Assembly (NCBI GenBank): GCA_963693365.1
Contig: CAVNZM010000002.1
Location: 15,595,615-15,659,614, forward strand
Origin: Amoebidium appalachense
Lineage: Eukaryota > Protista > Ichthyosporea
Direction of reading: 5' to 3'
DNA: 64,000 bases
The notes beneath the pieces were generated by a model. That model saw nothing but the letters and a program-made list of their open reading frames with translations, ran no database searches and was not told where the DNA came from. The position numbers were made by a program, and so were the translations under genes. Positions 43,276 to 63,409 of this stretch are shown one piece after another (position 1 is the stretch's first letter; each line of letters begins with the position of its first letter).

Positions 43276-44919
43276 TCTGTCATACACACATGTGCACACA
43301 GTGGGCAACATGATGCAGGCTGGGCAGGGGTTGCTGAGACACAGCAAGTAAATGCACGAGTACACAGTTAGCCGGTGCATTGGGCAGTCAGTCCAATTCG
43401 CATGTAGGCTCCAATGAACAAAGCAAAAGGGGAAAAAAAAATAAAAATACTCATTCTCTCCCTCCCTCCCCCTCCCTTCCTCTTTTCCCTCCCAACCCTC
43501 CCCCCTAGATCTTCCCTCCTGACCTACCTCCCTCTCTTTCCCTCCGTCTCTCCCCGGATATCCCCCCCCCCCCCCCCTCTCCCCCCCCCCCCCCCCCCCC
43601 CCCCCCCAAAAAAAAAGAAAAGAAAGAAAAAAAAACAAAAAAAACGACCTCCTCCTTACCCCCCCCCCCCCCCCCCCCCCCTCTCCTCCTACCACAAAAA
43701 GAACAACAAAAGAAAGGCAAAGAAAGAAAAGCAACACCGATTATCCCTCCGCATCGCACCCCTTCCCCCCGTCCACCACCACCATTAGCAACACACACAC
43801 ATACATACGCACAGACACACACACATACACACACACACACACACATACACACGCACGCACACACACATACATACACGTATACACACAACCCGTCTTCCCC
43901 CATCCCCCCACCACCCCACCCCTCTCCCCGTCAACTCTCCTCCTTCTTCCCCCTCCCCCCACCCCCCACCCCCCACCCCCCTCACACACACACACACCCA
44001 CCTTGTCGAAGGCGCCACCCAAAGCCCTTCCACCCACATAGGCCCACAGGCCCACACTGCCGTTGGGGTGCACCGTCACAACTGACCCATCATGGCGGCA
44101 CGTCAGCAGGGTCTCCCCGTCAGGTGCCACAATAACGGTCTCGGGGCTTTGTAGCTGCCCCTCTCCAAACGTCTGGCTGTAAAGGGAACGAGATAGGGTT
44201 ACGAAGGAGAAAAGACGGAATGTGTAGAAAGGATGGTGGTTAGGGACCGGGAGAAGAGTGATGGGGGGAGGTGGAGTAGTGCGGGGAACTTACGGTACGA
44301 CAGAAATAGCGAAAAGTAGGAGTTGAGAGAGAGCTGTAATGAGAGGGAAAGAACGCGGGCCACCGCGGTGAGGGGCCTGGGGAGGAGGACAACAAATCGG
44401 CAAGGGGAGGGTAAAAAAGGTAACCTAATAATTAGTGTTTTCTGGTGTTCTCTTAAATAAGATCACGCGAGAGCAGAAGGACGCACGAAGCAGGAAGAAC
44501 GGTTGTGCTCTTGGAAAACAGTGAGCACGCATGTAAACACACCAGTGAGGTCACGACGGTAGAATTCCCGCACAGATGTTTTCATGAAATTGCTCGGTGG
44601 CGTGGCTTGACACCAACGTAATATATGGTGATGCAAGGTCTAAACGATCACACGATAGAGCAAAAAAAAAAAAAAAAGTATAAGAAGTCAACGTCAGTTT
44701 TTGTTCTGCCCACTTCCATGCAGCACTGCATACCGCGTACGCACAAACATAACTATGGCAGGGGGGCACATACGCGCGTAACAGGTCGTTGTTTGGCGCA
44801 AATTCTCCCTCCAGCTCTGCATATTTGAAGCAGGGCTTTGGCACGGATGGCACGTCGTTCGTGCCCAGCAAGAAGCCCAGCCAGGCAGCCAGACCGCCCA
44901 CAGCGTACAATGCTAACAT
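38231..44919 (-). CDS. Strictosidine synthase-like / APMAP family beta-propeller protein (8 exons)
   Basis: Exons 44774-44919, 44002-44176, 42778-42979, 42005-42064, 40506-40674, 39872-40022, 38858-38980, 38231-38326, phase-consistent. Motifs [43 protein letters not shown]; N-terminal anchor. Confidence 0.92.
40248..40326. repeat. 30-bp tandem repeat (~2.6 copies), intronic
   Basis: TTAGATAGACAATAATGCAA(A/G)TACGAAA unit repeated. Confidence 0.85.
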
Positions 44920-45450
44920 GGTGTGGCCGCGGATATATGGGTACGGAGAGCGAGTAAAGAGGGGTGAGCACGTAGGCCCAACTTCTACTTGACACTTTTA
45001 CAACAGTGAACAGGCAGACAACAGGTTCGCGGCGCTGTTTTTGAAAATTTTGTGTGAGGGAACGATGCTATTGGCTCATGCACCTCAAGAATTTTCATTA
45101 GTTACCAGTCTGTTTGTTTTAACCATATATGGTCATCGTGAGCCACCGTCCAGGTCCGTCCTGGACACGGACAGGGTTCGAAGGACGGTGGAGCCCATTA
45201 ACGGAAGTCGAAATCCCGTTTCGGAAAGCCTCTTCGAAAATCGGAATGCTCCGTCGGAGCAAGCCCATCAAAAATCGTAATCGTCGCGCATAAGTAAACT
45301 TGAGTACTTGTACTTGAGTTGGTTAACAATGTGAGAATAATCCCAATTAATAACTTGAGTTGGTTAACATTGTGAGAATAATCTTAATTAGTAATGCAAC
45401 AAGTGAACGTGGCTTCTCTGGTGTGAATGTCCTTAAGACTTCTCTCAAAG

Positions 45451-46047
45451 CACGTAGGGGGCCCCCCGGCAGATTCGGCCTTCTTCCACAACCGGGCCGT
45501 TTGGTTGGCTGGCGCGGGGCCGGGGTTACGTAAGGCGGTGGGGTCGGGGGAGGCCAGACCACGATATGGAGGTTTGGGGGGAGGCCTGCGCAGGGCCTTA
45601 CGTAAGCCTTACGTAAGGCGGTCAGGCGGGGGCGGGCGCTAGGTAGAGCACGATACGGAAGGCGTGGGTCTGGGGAGGTTTATGTGGCGAATCGGGCTGC
45701 GCGGTTGTGAAACTTGCGCTAATGACGTCGTCAGTAGGGAACCAGTCAGATTCTTCGGTCGTGGAAGTTGCAGAAGTGGCCTCGTGAGCCGTGATAGTGA
45801 ACCAGTCGGAGGGCCCGGTTGTGAAAGTTAGCTAATGAGCGTTAATTACACGGGGATTTACGCTGTTTACTCGAGGCAAAGAGAACCAGTCTCAGGTATG
45901 GGGGGGGGGGTTTTGCTCGGAATATCCCCTCAGCGGTATATCATGATCACGTACATAGATGTCGGGTGGTGACTATATATCAGGGTTTACTTTCTCTACG
46001 AGACACCATCAAGACTACAAGGAGAAATCAATTAGTTGGGGTTCCCC

Positions 46048-46083
<36 letters not shown>

Positions 46084-46115
46084 GGGCTCCCCTCGGGACA
46101 CTCGGTATCAGCTGG

Positions 46116-46170
<55 letters not shown>

Positions 46171-47586
46171 TGTGTGTGTGTGCGCGTGCGCTATAATTTT
46201 GTAGTGATGTGTTTCTCAAGCCAATCAATACATCTAATAAACAGGTCGTAGTTACGCGTGTTTAGTATAAAATCAAGGATGTTGTAATTTACAGGTAGGC
46301 TATCTTTCTGGGTGTCTGTTGTGAATGTGACGTGTGTGTGTTGCGGTATTATGTGGTCTATCAAACTACATTTGGCGATACATGACCGGTTAAACTGGTG
46401 TGTGTGTGTGTTGTTTGGGCATGCAAATGATGCCACCTTATACTTATTAGATCTCCACTGTATAGCACGTGTACAGTAAAAGCGTGGTAATTGATCAATA
46501 ATACCATCAGCTAGAGAAAGACCAGTTCTACAGGAAGGTAATATGTATTTAGGTGTTATACACTTGCGAGTGCCATATTTGGCAATATGGTTGAGGCGGT
46601 CAGTATATATAAAACGAGACATAAGGCTTAATTACACCTGTAGCTTGCACAACCGGGCGATACCATTGGGTAGTGGTTTGAAGTTTTATGATTGGATAAA
46701 AACCATTCAATCCTTTTGGCGGGTATATATAAACGTAGATCTGGGGGTAGTATATAATGCAGCAACACGATATTTGACGCTCAGTTTTTATAATGCCGCC
46801 GAAGCGAAGCAGAGCAAAGCAGAAGAAAGTTGTACAGCCTCCTTGTGGTACTAGTGAATATGCAGTTGCGAGCATAAGCCTGAACATAACCAATGCGGGT
46901 GGGAATGTGCGATACCATTTGGTAGGCCTTTTGAATGAAATGGTTGGGTAGGAATCACGGTATTTGTCTTAGCGGCTAGTGGAGAGGTATAAAAAGGGTG
47001 AACACGATATCGTCGATCACTTTGTGACGCAGCGCGGTGTGGAGCAGGGTACTCAGAAGAAAGCTGTCTGGAGCGAGCCTTTTTCTTGTTAGTACTGCAT
47101 AACAGTCAAACTCGAGTGTGGATATCTTTGAACACGAGTAGGAGGTTTCCTTTTTGTCGAAGTACTGTTTGTTGTTTTTTTGACAAATAGTATGTTAAGA
47201 TAGTCGCAGAAGTTCTTTCTTTTTACAATTTTTTTATTGCGGACTGCGGCTCAGAGGAGCTGTCAATGTTAGGCACCTCATAGAATTATGGTCGGATCAT
47301 TTTTCGAAGCTTGGTGAACATGAATTATTGGCGGCAACTGATCTGAGTGCGAGGTGATGGCGCTTCAAGCTGAGATTGGTCAGGGCCGGAATCGGATCCC
47401 TGACAGGTGCATTGTGGGTCGAAAGACGTAGGGCTACCTTTCGTAAAAACGGTTTTTTGCAGTTTCCTTATATGGCTAATCGGATCGAACCGGATTCGAT
47501 CTGGACCAATCATAAATACCCCTTGGCAGAGTTTCTCGTTACGACACGTAGGGCTACCTTTCACGTAGGGCTACCTTTCACGTAGG
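45451..47586 (+). mobile_element. Non-autonomous Replitron-type element
   Basis: Bounded by the direct repeat CACGTAGG (45451-45458, 47579-47586). 45453-45851, 46628-46910 and 47426-47575 are inverted copies of parts of 49760-51760; keeps only ~39 codons of the Rep ORF (ATG 46793). Confidence 0.85.
45852..46627. mobile_element. Unclassified insertion with 10-bp TSD
   Basis: TTAATTACAC is duplicated at 45842-45851 and 46628-46637 but single in the intact copy (~51357-51366). Begins with the 22638-family repeat; no TIRs. Confidence 0.8.
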
Positions 47587-48288
47587 ACAACACAGACAGT
47601 GCACAATCAGCTCATGATAGCCATGAATGGGCCGGATATAGAGGCAGATGTGAAGCACGTGAAAGCTGAGCTTTATTTTCAGAAAGAAATGGCTAAGAAA
47701 TTAGTTAAAGAGGGCAAACTGAAAGGGTTAACTGTAGAAGGGGCCAAGGAGCAGCTGGAAAAAGCTCAGGTGGCCGAGGCAGCAGCCCAAAAGAAGGCTC
47801 TGGCAGATTTCCTGGCTTTTGACTGGAACAGGGTGCACAATGTGTATATTGCCAACCCTTTCAAATAAATTGGATCTCTGACAACACACCAGCACCTAGT
47901 AACCGTCAAGTAGTCTCCCTTGTTTTCATTTAAAAATTCTGGGGGAGGGGAGGGGAGGGAGGGAGGGGGTGGGGGGGGGGGGGGGGGGGGGGGGGGGAGG
48001 TGAGTTTAGGCAGCAACATGGGAAGCCCAGGCAGAAATCGAATGTTTGGGGGGGGAGGGGAGGGGGGGGGGGGGGGGGAAAGAAAATCACGTTGGGTGGT
48101 TCAGAAGTTGTGTTTGTGTTTGTGTGTGTGTGTGTATTTTTCTTTGCAATTGCGTGTGTGTGTGTGGTGGGTATGTATGCACGGTGTGTGTGTCTGTGTG
48201 TATGTGTACACGTGTGGGTGTGTGTATTTATTTGTGTCAGCGGTAATCGGTGTGTGTGTGTCTATGTTGTGTGTATGTGTGCACATGT

Positions 48289-48319
<31 letters not shown>

Positions 48320-48533
48320 CTTGTGTGTGTGTGTGTGCATGACATTGTGTGCGTGTGTGTGTGTGTTTTGTGTCAACAGTTATGGTGTGTGTGTATGTAT
48401 CACGGTACAGTGTGTGTATGTATGTGTGTGTGTGTGCAGTGTGGTGTGTATGTATGCAGGGTGTGTGTGTTTGTGCCATGATGTGTGTGTACATGCCAGT
48501 GTGGGTGTGTGTGTTTGTGCCAACGGTTTCTTG

Positions 48534-48568
<35 letters not shown>

Positions 48569-49520
48569 GCCACGGGTTGTGTGTGCTTGCGCCGTGTACA
48601 TGGTTTGTGTGTGCAGTGTAAGTGTGTGTGTGTGCGTGTGTGTGTGTGTGTGTTTGTGTGTGTGTGGGTGAGTGGGTGCATAGCATGTGATTGTACAGGG
48701 TAGATGCATGTGCACGTTTGAAATAAAGTTATCATGATCTGAGATAGTATGTGCCTGTGCACGCGTACTAGCCTAGGTCACATGTGTGGTGTCACGGCTG
48801 TGTATGTGGGGTGCATGTGTGCCTTTGAACGGAACACAGTGGTGCACAGTGTGTGTATTGCCTGCCATTTAAGACGCGTGCCACTGATCGTTGATACACG
48901 TGGCACCTGCACCTGGTGGCCGTCGACTCTGAGCATCTAGATCCATTCCATGTTTAGGCCTTCCTGGGGGGGAAGGGGGGGGGGGGGGAGGGTACTAGGG
49001 GGGGGGGGGGGGATCCGCCTGAGAGGGGGGGGCCGGGGGGGGAGGGTTGAGGCCGGAGCGGCGGTGGGGGAGAAGGAGGGGCAGCACTGGTGGAGGGAAC
49101 GGTGGGCAGCGGAGGAGGGGGAGAATGGGGTTCGATTTCTGGGGGGGGGAAGTTTTGAAGTGGAGGCCGGCCTATATATACATGCGCAGGCATATGCATT
49201 GTATGTTCATGTGGCCATGCATGGCTATGATGCATATGTGGTGTCACGGCTGTGTGTGTTTAAATGTGTGTGTGTGTGTGTCTGTGTGTGTGTGTGTGTG
49301 TGTGCGCGCGTGGGTGTGTGCATAAATGTGTTTGGTGTTACAACATGTACATGTGCAGGGCTGGCGCTCTAGTCAGGGTCTGCATGCCATTGAACATTCT
49401 ACAGGGACAGGGAGACACGTACGTACGTGTGCAGCTTGTGTGGGTGGTGTATGCCCCGTGTATGATGATACCTGCGAAGTCATGAGAAGCTTCTCCCCGG
49501 GGGCGGGGCGGGGCGGGGGG

Positions 49521-49584
<64 letters not shown>

Positions 49585-49759
49585 CTCTCAGGCGTTCCGA
49601 TTCGGCCGGGACGATTTTCGGAACTGTGTTTTCAAACTTCGAACCCTGGACACGGAGTCTCTAGATGGCCGTGGTCCTGGACCACTGAGTCTGGATTGGC
49701 CATGCCACTGCCCACTCGTGCACGCCGTGCACGGTCCCTGCTCCAAGGCTTTGTACCCG

Positions 49760-51762
49760 TAGCCCTACGGAAAGGTAGCCCTACGTGTAGTAGAGGAAAA
49801 CTTTGTCCACGGATATTTATGATTGGTCCAGATCGAATCCGGTTCGATCGGATTGCCCATATAAGGAAACTGCAAAAAACCGTTTTACGGAAAGGTAGCC
49901 CTACGTGTTTTGCCCTGCCATGACCCTGCAAGCCAATCCAAAACTAAAGCTACACAATACTGCATCTACATCAGTTACCACCCCGCTCAGCGTACAACAC
50001 CGGATCAATACATCAGCTGCCTGCCAAAAAGTCTGAAAACACGTTCTAATGTTATCAGTATAACTAATGCCTACTACGCATGCAATTGTTAACAAATGTG
50101 TCACTGTTCGTGATCGTTGTCTGACCAATCCATTGGTTCACTCCCAGAGTCTTCTTGCACGTTGGCGAAAATATGTCCATCTCGTTCTACAAAATCCTCC
50201 TGTTGCTGGCAATCGTGAGGATGATAGTGCACGCCCGGTCCAAAACGATAACGATACTTCGCCGTGATATCACTTGGCGGTATCCATTGCGTGTCCTGAA
50301 CCACATCCATTTTTCTCTGTCTCCGAACGTCGGCACAGTACCTCATGACGTCCCGATAAGTTCCATGTGTGTTTCTCGCCGCTTCCAACAAGGACTCATA
50401 CGCATAGTATACGCACTGCGACCCCCCATGATCAAAAAACATCCGAACCACATCTTCCCTCGTTACTGTGTATGGACGGTGGATGGTTTGCCATCCCAAA
50501 ATTCCCAACCTCTCGGCATCAAATGCTTTTCCATACCCAGCTGTCATCATTTCTCCACTGACAGCGAATCGACCAGACTGCAGCATGAGCCATAGAACTT
50601 CTGGCAATGGCGGGCACTGGACCGGCCACATATAGTAATGATAGAACCCATACGCAAGTTTCAAGATAGATTTCCTGGAAATGATCTGCTTCCCTTCTGT
50701 CCAATCTTTCTTGTGGATTGCATATTTTGCATTGGCGCGATTCACTTCGTCATCTGACACGTCCAACAGAAACAATCTGAAATCTGGATCTCCCGTATCT
50801 TTCGCAACATAGGCGATCATCTGCTCAAATGTTTGCCCGCCTGTCTCATTCAATCGCTTGGCACTTATCCGCATTGAAATATTTTCATCATCCTCTGGCG
50901 GATTAATATAACTCTTCAACTCTTTCTTCAGAGTACTAACACCTTTCCTGCCACCAGGGATCCGAATTTTCCACACAGCCTGAACATGCAAATTACCCGC
51001 ACTTTTCCCCCGCTCCAACGCAGTAGCTCCCTTCACAGCAAATTGCCTCGCAAAATTACACGCATGATCGTACCACACTGCGGGCACATTCCCACCCGCA
51101 TTGGTTATGTTCAGGCTTATGCTCGCAACTGCATATTCACTAGTACCACAAGGAGGCTGTACAACTTTCTTCTGCTTTGCTCTGCTTCGCTTCGGCGGCA
51201 TTGTAAAAACTGAGCGTCAAATATCGTGTTGCTGCATTATATACTACCGCCAGATCTACGTTTATATATACCCGCCAAAAGAATTGAATGGTTTTTATCC
51301 AATTATACAACTTCAAACCACTACCCAATGGTATCGCCCGGTTGTGCAAGCTACAGGTGTAATTAACGCTCATTAGCTAACTTTCACAACCGGGCCCTCC
51401 GACTGGTTCACTATCACGGCTCACGAGGCCACTTCTGCAACTTCCACGACCGAAGAATCTGACTGGTCCCCTACTGACGACGTCATTAGCGCAAGTTTCA
51501 CAACCGCGCAACCCGATTCGCCACATAAACCTCCCCAGACCCACGCCTTCCGTATCGTGCTCTACCTAGCGCCCGCCGCCGCCTGACCGCCCTACGTAAG
51601 GCTTACGTAAGGCCCTGCGCAGGCCTCCCCCCAAACCTCCATATCGTGGTCTGGCCCCCCCCGACCCCACCGCCTTACGTAACCCCGGCCCCGCGCCAGC
51701 CAACCAAACGGCCCGGTTGTGGAAGAAGGCCGAATCTGCCGGGGGGCCCCCTACGCCCTACG
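49760..51762 (-). mobile_element. Putatively autonomous Replitron-type HUH transposon
   Basis: CGTAGGG direct repeats at both ends, no TIRs, single Rep ORF; ends defined by homology to 45451-47586 (to within about 10 bp). Confidence 0.85.
50101..51201 (-). CDS. Replitron HUH (Rep, Y1) transposase, 366 aa
   Basis: Motif I-like ISLNI, motif II ALERG..GNLHVQ (HUQ), motif III MIAYVAKD (single YxxK); no helicase/Walker A; basic NLS-like N-terminus. Confidence 0.85.
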   Translation of the reverse strand: MPPKRSRAKQKKVVQPPCGTSEYAVASISLNITNAGGNVPAVWYDHACNFARQFAVKGATALERGKSAGNLHVQAVWKIRIPGGRKGVSTLKKELKSYINPPEDDENISMRISAKRLNETGGQTFEQMIAYVAKDTGDPDFRLFLLDVSDDEVNRANAKYAIHKKDWTEGKQIISRKSILKLAYGFYHYYMWPVQCPPLPEVLWLMLQSGRFAVSGEMMTAGYGKAFDAERLGILGWQTIHRPYTVTREDVVRMFFDHGGSQCVYYAYESLLEAARNTHGTYRDVMRYCADVRRQRKMDVVQDTQWIPPSDITAKYRYRFGPGVHYHPHDCQQQEDFVERDGHIFANVQEDSGSEPMDWSDNDHEQ

Positions 51763-52109
51763 CGGTAAGTGGCCGGGGCGGCCCACGACGCTGCGGGACG
51801 TCTCCGGCGGGGTCCTTCTGGCTGTAATGACCAAATGTAATGACTAATCGAAATGCTTTTTATAATGACTTTATTGATGTGCTCATATAAGGTGAAAAGG
51901 CGAGATATCGCAGATATCCCGGGATAAAGAAAAAACCGCTCATGAAAAGAAGATATCGGCCAAAAAAAATACACAGTGCTTTAGATACATAACATCGTAA
52001 TGCATAGTACTATATGTATAGCACAACTGATAGGAGTCAGCTCGGGAAGGATAGGTTCAGAAATAAAGTTGCAAACTTTGAGAAAGGAGACAGCTGCAAG
52101 AATTCGAAC

Positions 52110-52421
52110 AAAAAAAAAAAAAAAAAAAAAGAAGAAGAAGAAGAAGAAGAAGAAGAAGAAGAAGAAGAAGAAGAAGCTCAGATGTAGAAAGAAGCTCAGG
52201 TGTAAACTAACTGGGAGGAGATCACAAGAGAGAGAAAAAACTTTCCGGAATAGCCAAGGCATCCGATCCTTGACTACCCCGGTTGGAGTTAGCTTAGAGG
52301 GCCATTGCCATAGTTCTGCACCCAGGCGAGTCCCATCAGGGCATCCGATCCCCAATTCGCTACATCCCGGGATTCGAACCAGGTGCCTCCTGCGCGTCGG
52401 AGGCCGCTCGGCCACAGCGGC
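52110..52421 (-). mobile_element. tRNA-derived SINE
   Basis: Pol III A box TGGCCGAGCGG (52414-52404) and B box GGTTCGAATCC (52380-52370), a unique body, then a (TTC)n/poly-T tail; no full cloverleaf, no clear TSD. Confidence 0.65.
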
Positions 52422-52754
52422 TCCTCGTAAATCTAGATCCGATTACACGCGATCGAACTTTGTCTAATATAGTGACTGTCGCCTGCAACATACAAGCAGG
52501 GTGACAGCACTCAAAAGCTGCCACCTACATACTGAGATCTACATTGTAGATGGCTCCTTAACATTCAGCGAACCGTTTGGACCTCTATCGAACCGTCGAG
52601 GCGCCGCGACAGAAAGCATGCACGCGGTCGCGAGAGTTTAAGGAAAACCCGCCTGCAGCGAACGTAAAGTTCATCGCAGCGCGTGCACACCGTCAGTACG
52701 TGTGAGACTCAAAAGGTCCCTGCATATGCTACCACCTACTGAGGCGGTGTCTCC

Positions 52755-52787
<33 letters not shown>

Positions 52788-54406
52788 CTTAAAGCCGCCT
52801 GAGTAGATGTTAAAACGTCGCACGTGCGGCAACACGTCAGTACGTGTTAGCTGCATATGCGGCAGGCTGCCAGTGAGCATCCGTGCACGTGTGTTCATAG
52901 GCTTCGCATATATACCCGCACGTTTACCGTTGCGATAATTGGAGACGTATGCCGTATTTATGCGCCTATGTACCACTTACATAGGTGCACTTACCAGTTG
53001 TAAATATACATGGCTTGCATTTATGGCTCACGTTGGCTTCGCGGTCATGACCATATAATGGTTTATATAGGCGACGCGTCTAATAACTGCATCATCGTGA
53101 GGGGATTAAATGGGGCGAATTCGGATCCGGAAGGAGAGAGTCTGGGAGAGAGAGGTAACGATGACTGAGAAGCCGAAGTATTCGTTCGATTCCTCTGCAG
53201 GCAAGTTTCTCCTGGCAGATTTTGGCCCAAGTCACGTTAACGTTCAAGTCCCGGGCTCCCAACCGACTTGTACAACAAGGCATCGGCCAGCATCGGCTAC
53301 GAATCGAACGAACTGTGTGCCGGTGGTATGATGATACACAGAAAAATTAACACAGAATAAGCCTTAAGCGAGTTTGAATGGCCTCAAGACACTAGCTAGT
53401 ATGCAAAGGGCACCTATGTGTCTTATTGTACAGTTCCATCATCCTTGAGAATTGATGTCAGGCAACCTAATCGTGCACACTGGATGCCAAATAAATACAC
53501 CGGATGCCAAATAAATACACCTGTAGCTAGATTAATTATTAAGTGCTGGAAGCTGGAGCTCCCGCTTTGTGAATAAGCCAGCGTCTGTGTCCAGTGTTGT
53601 TATAGTTGCTTCTAAGTTTTTGAGCTAACAATGATGCATGTGTGGTATGATTTCAGCAGGTGTGGTATGATTTCAGTCATGTGTAGCATGCGTTTCTAGC
53701 ATTCGGCGGTATCATGAGTCATATGTGGCTACCAGGCCGGTCAATAAAAGAAGTAAAGCTGCATAATTCAGGGAGAAAAGTGATGTAGACACCGGCATTT
53801 ATTTATTTCTGCTGACTCATGGTCACACATTCATCATCCCATAGCACGACTACCTGGTAAAGCACAGGAAGCTCAGGAGGGAAAGGGAGCAAAACATTTG
53901 AAAAGAAAGTCAGCTGTGCACATAAGTGCTCATTGACAAATCATACCCCCTTAAGGTCCAGAACGGAGATTTTTTTGAATCCACTGGTTCAACTTGGCCC
54001 CATCTTGGTACCCAGTCTGCCCCTTCGGCCGGGCGTAGTCACTAGTAGAATACAAAAGCAAGGGTGAAACTAATTAAATCGGATATAATAGATGTAAATC
54101 GGAAATAACATGTTATTAAGGTTTTCAAGGCGGCCCCGGTCCTGTCTTCCTTCTTTTAAAAGTATAAAAACAAGTTACTCAGGCATCATTCAACCATTCA
54201 TACCTTGGCCTTACCTTGGCCTTCAAAGCATAGTATTACAACTATTCATTCTGTTAGACTACCACTTACATAAACCCTTCTCATTATATTTATGATCAGG
54301 AGATAGACTAGACACAAATGCATGTGCCCGGCATCTGGCAGAATGACCAAGAGCTACCTAGAGCCCCCCCTTTCTTTCTTTCTTTCTTTCTTTTCTTTTT
54401 TTCCTT

Positions 54407-54439
<33 letters not shown>

Positions 54440-54567
54440 CGCGCGCGCGCGTGTGTGAGGGGGGGGAGGGAAGGTCTTCTTTTAGGGGGGAAGGGGGGCA
54501 GGTCTTTTTATTTGGGGAGAATGTGTGTGTGTGTGTTGGGGGGGGGGGGGGGGGGGGGGGGGGTCCA

Positions 54568-63409
<8,842 letters not shown>

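Larger units (their letters stand above)
45360..47868 (+). pseudogene. hAT transposase C-terminal dimerisation-domain remnant, split by a Replitron
   Basis: 45390-45458 SNATSERGFSGVNVLKTSLKARR joins in frame to 47587 onward TTQTVHNQLMIAMNGP, giving the hATC ER.FS...NGP motif. Confidence 0.85.
45172..49648 (+). mobile_element. Non-autonomous hAT transposon, copy 2, with nested insertions
   Basis: Same TIRs as copy 1; 8-bp TSD GACACGGA; retains a transposase C-terminal remnant. Confidence 0.92.

Noticed and set aside
47545-47586. CRISPR-like direct repeats
   Set aside because: Tandem 17-mers without unique spacers, in a eukaryotic transposon terminus.
50101-51201. Endogenous CRESS virus or Helitron
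   Set aside because: No SF3/Pif1 helicase, no capsid ORF, and a single catalytic Tyr; a non-autonomous derivative with shared termini indicates a transposon.
52350-52421. Possible tRNA gene
   Set aside because: A and B boxes are present but there is no convincing acceptor or anticodon stem; better explained as a SINE head.
53110-53331. 73-aa non-repetitive ORF with an upstream TATA-like word
   Set aside because: No recognisable domain or splice structure; insufficient support.
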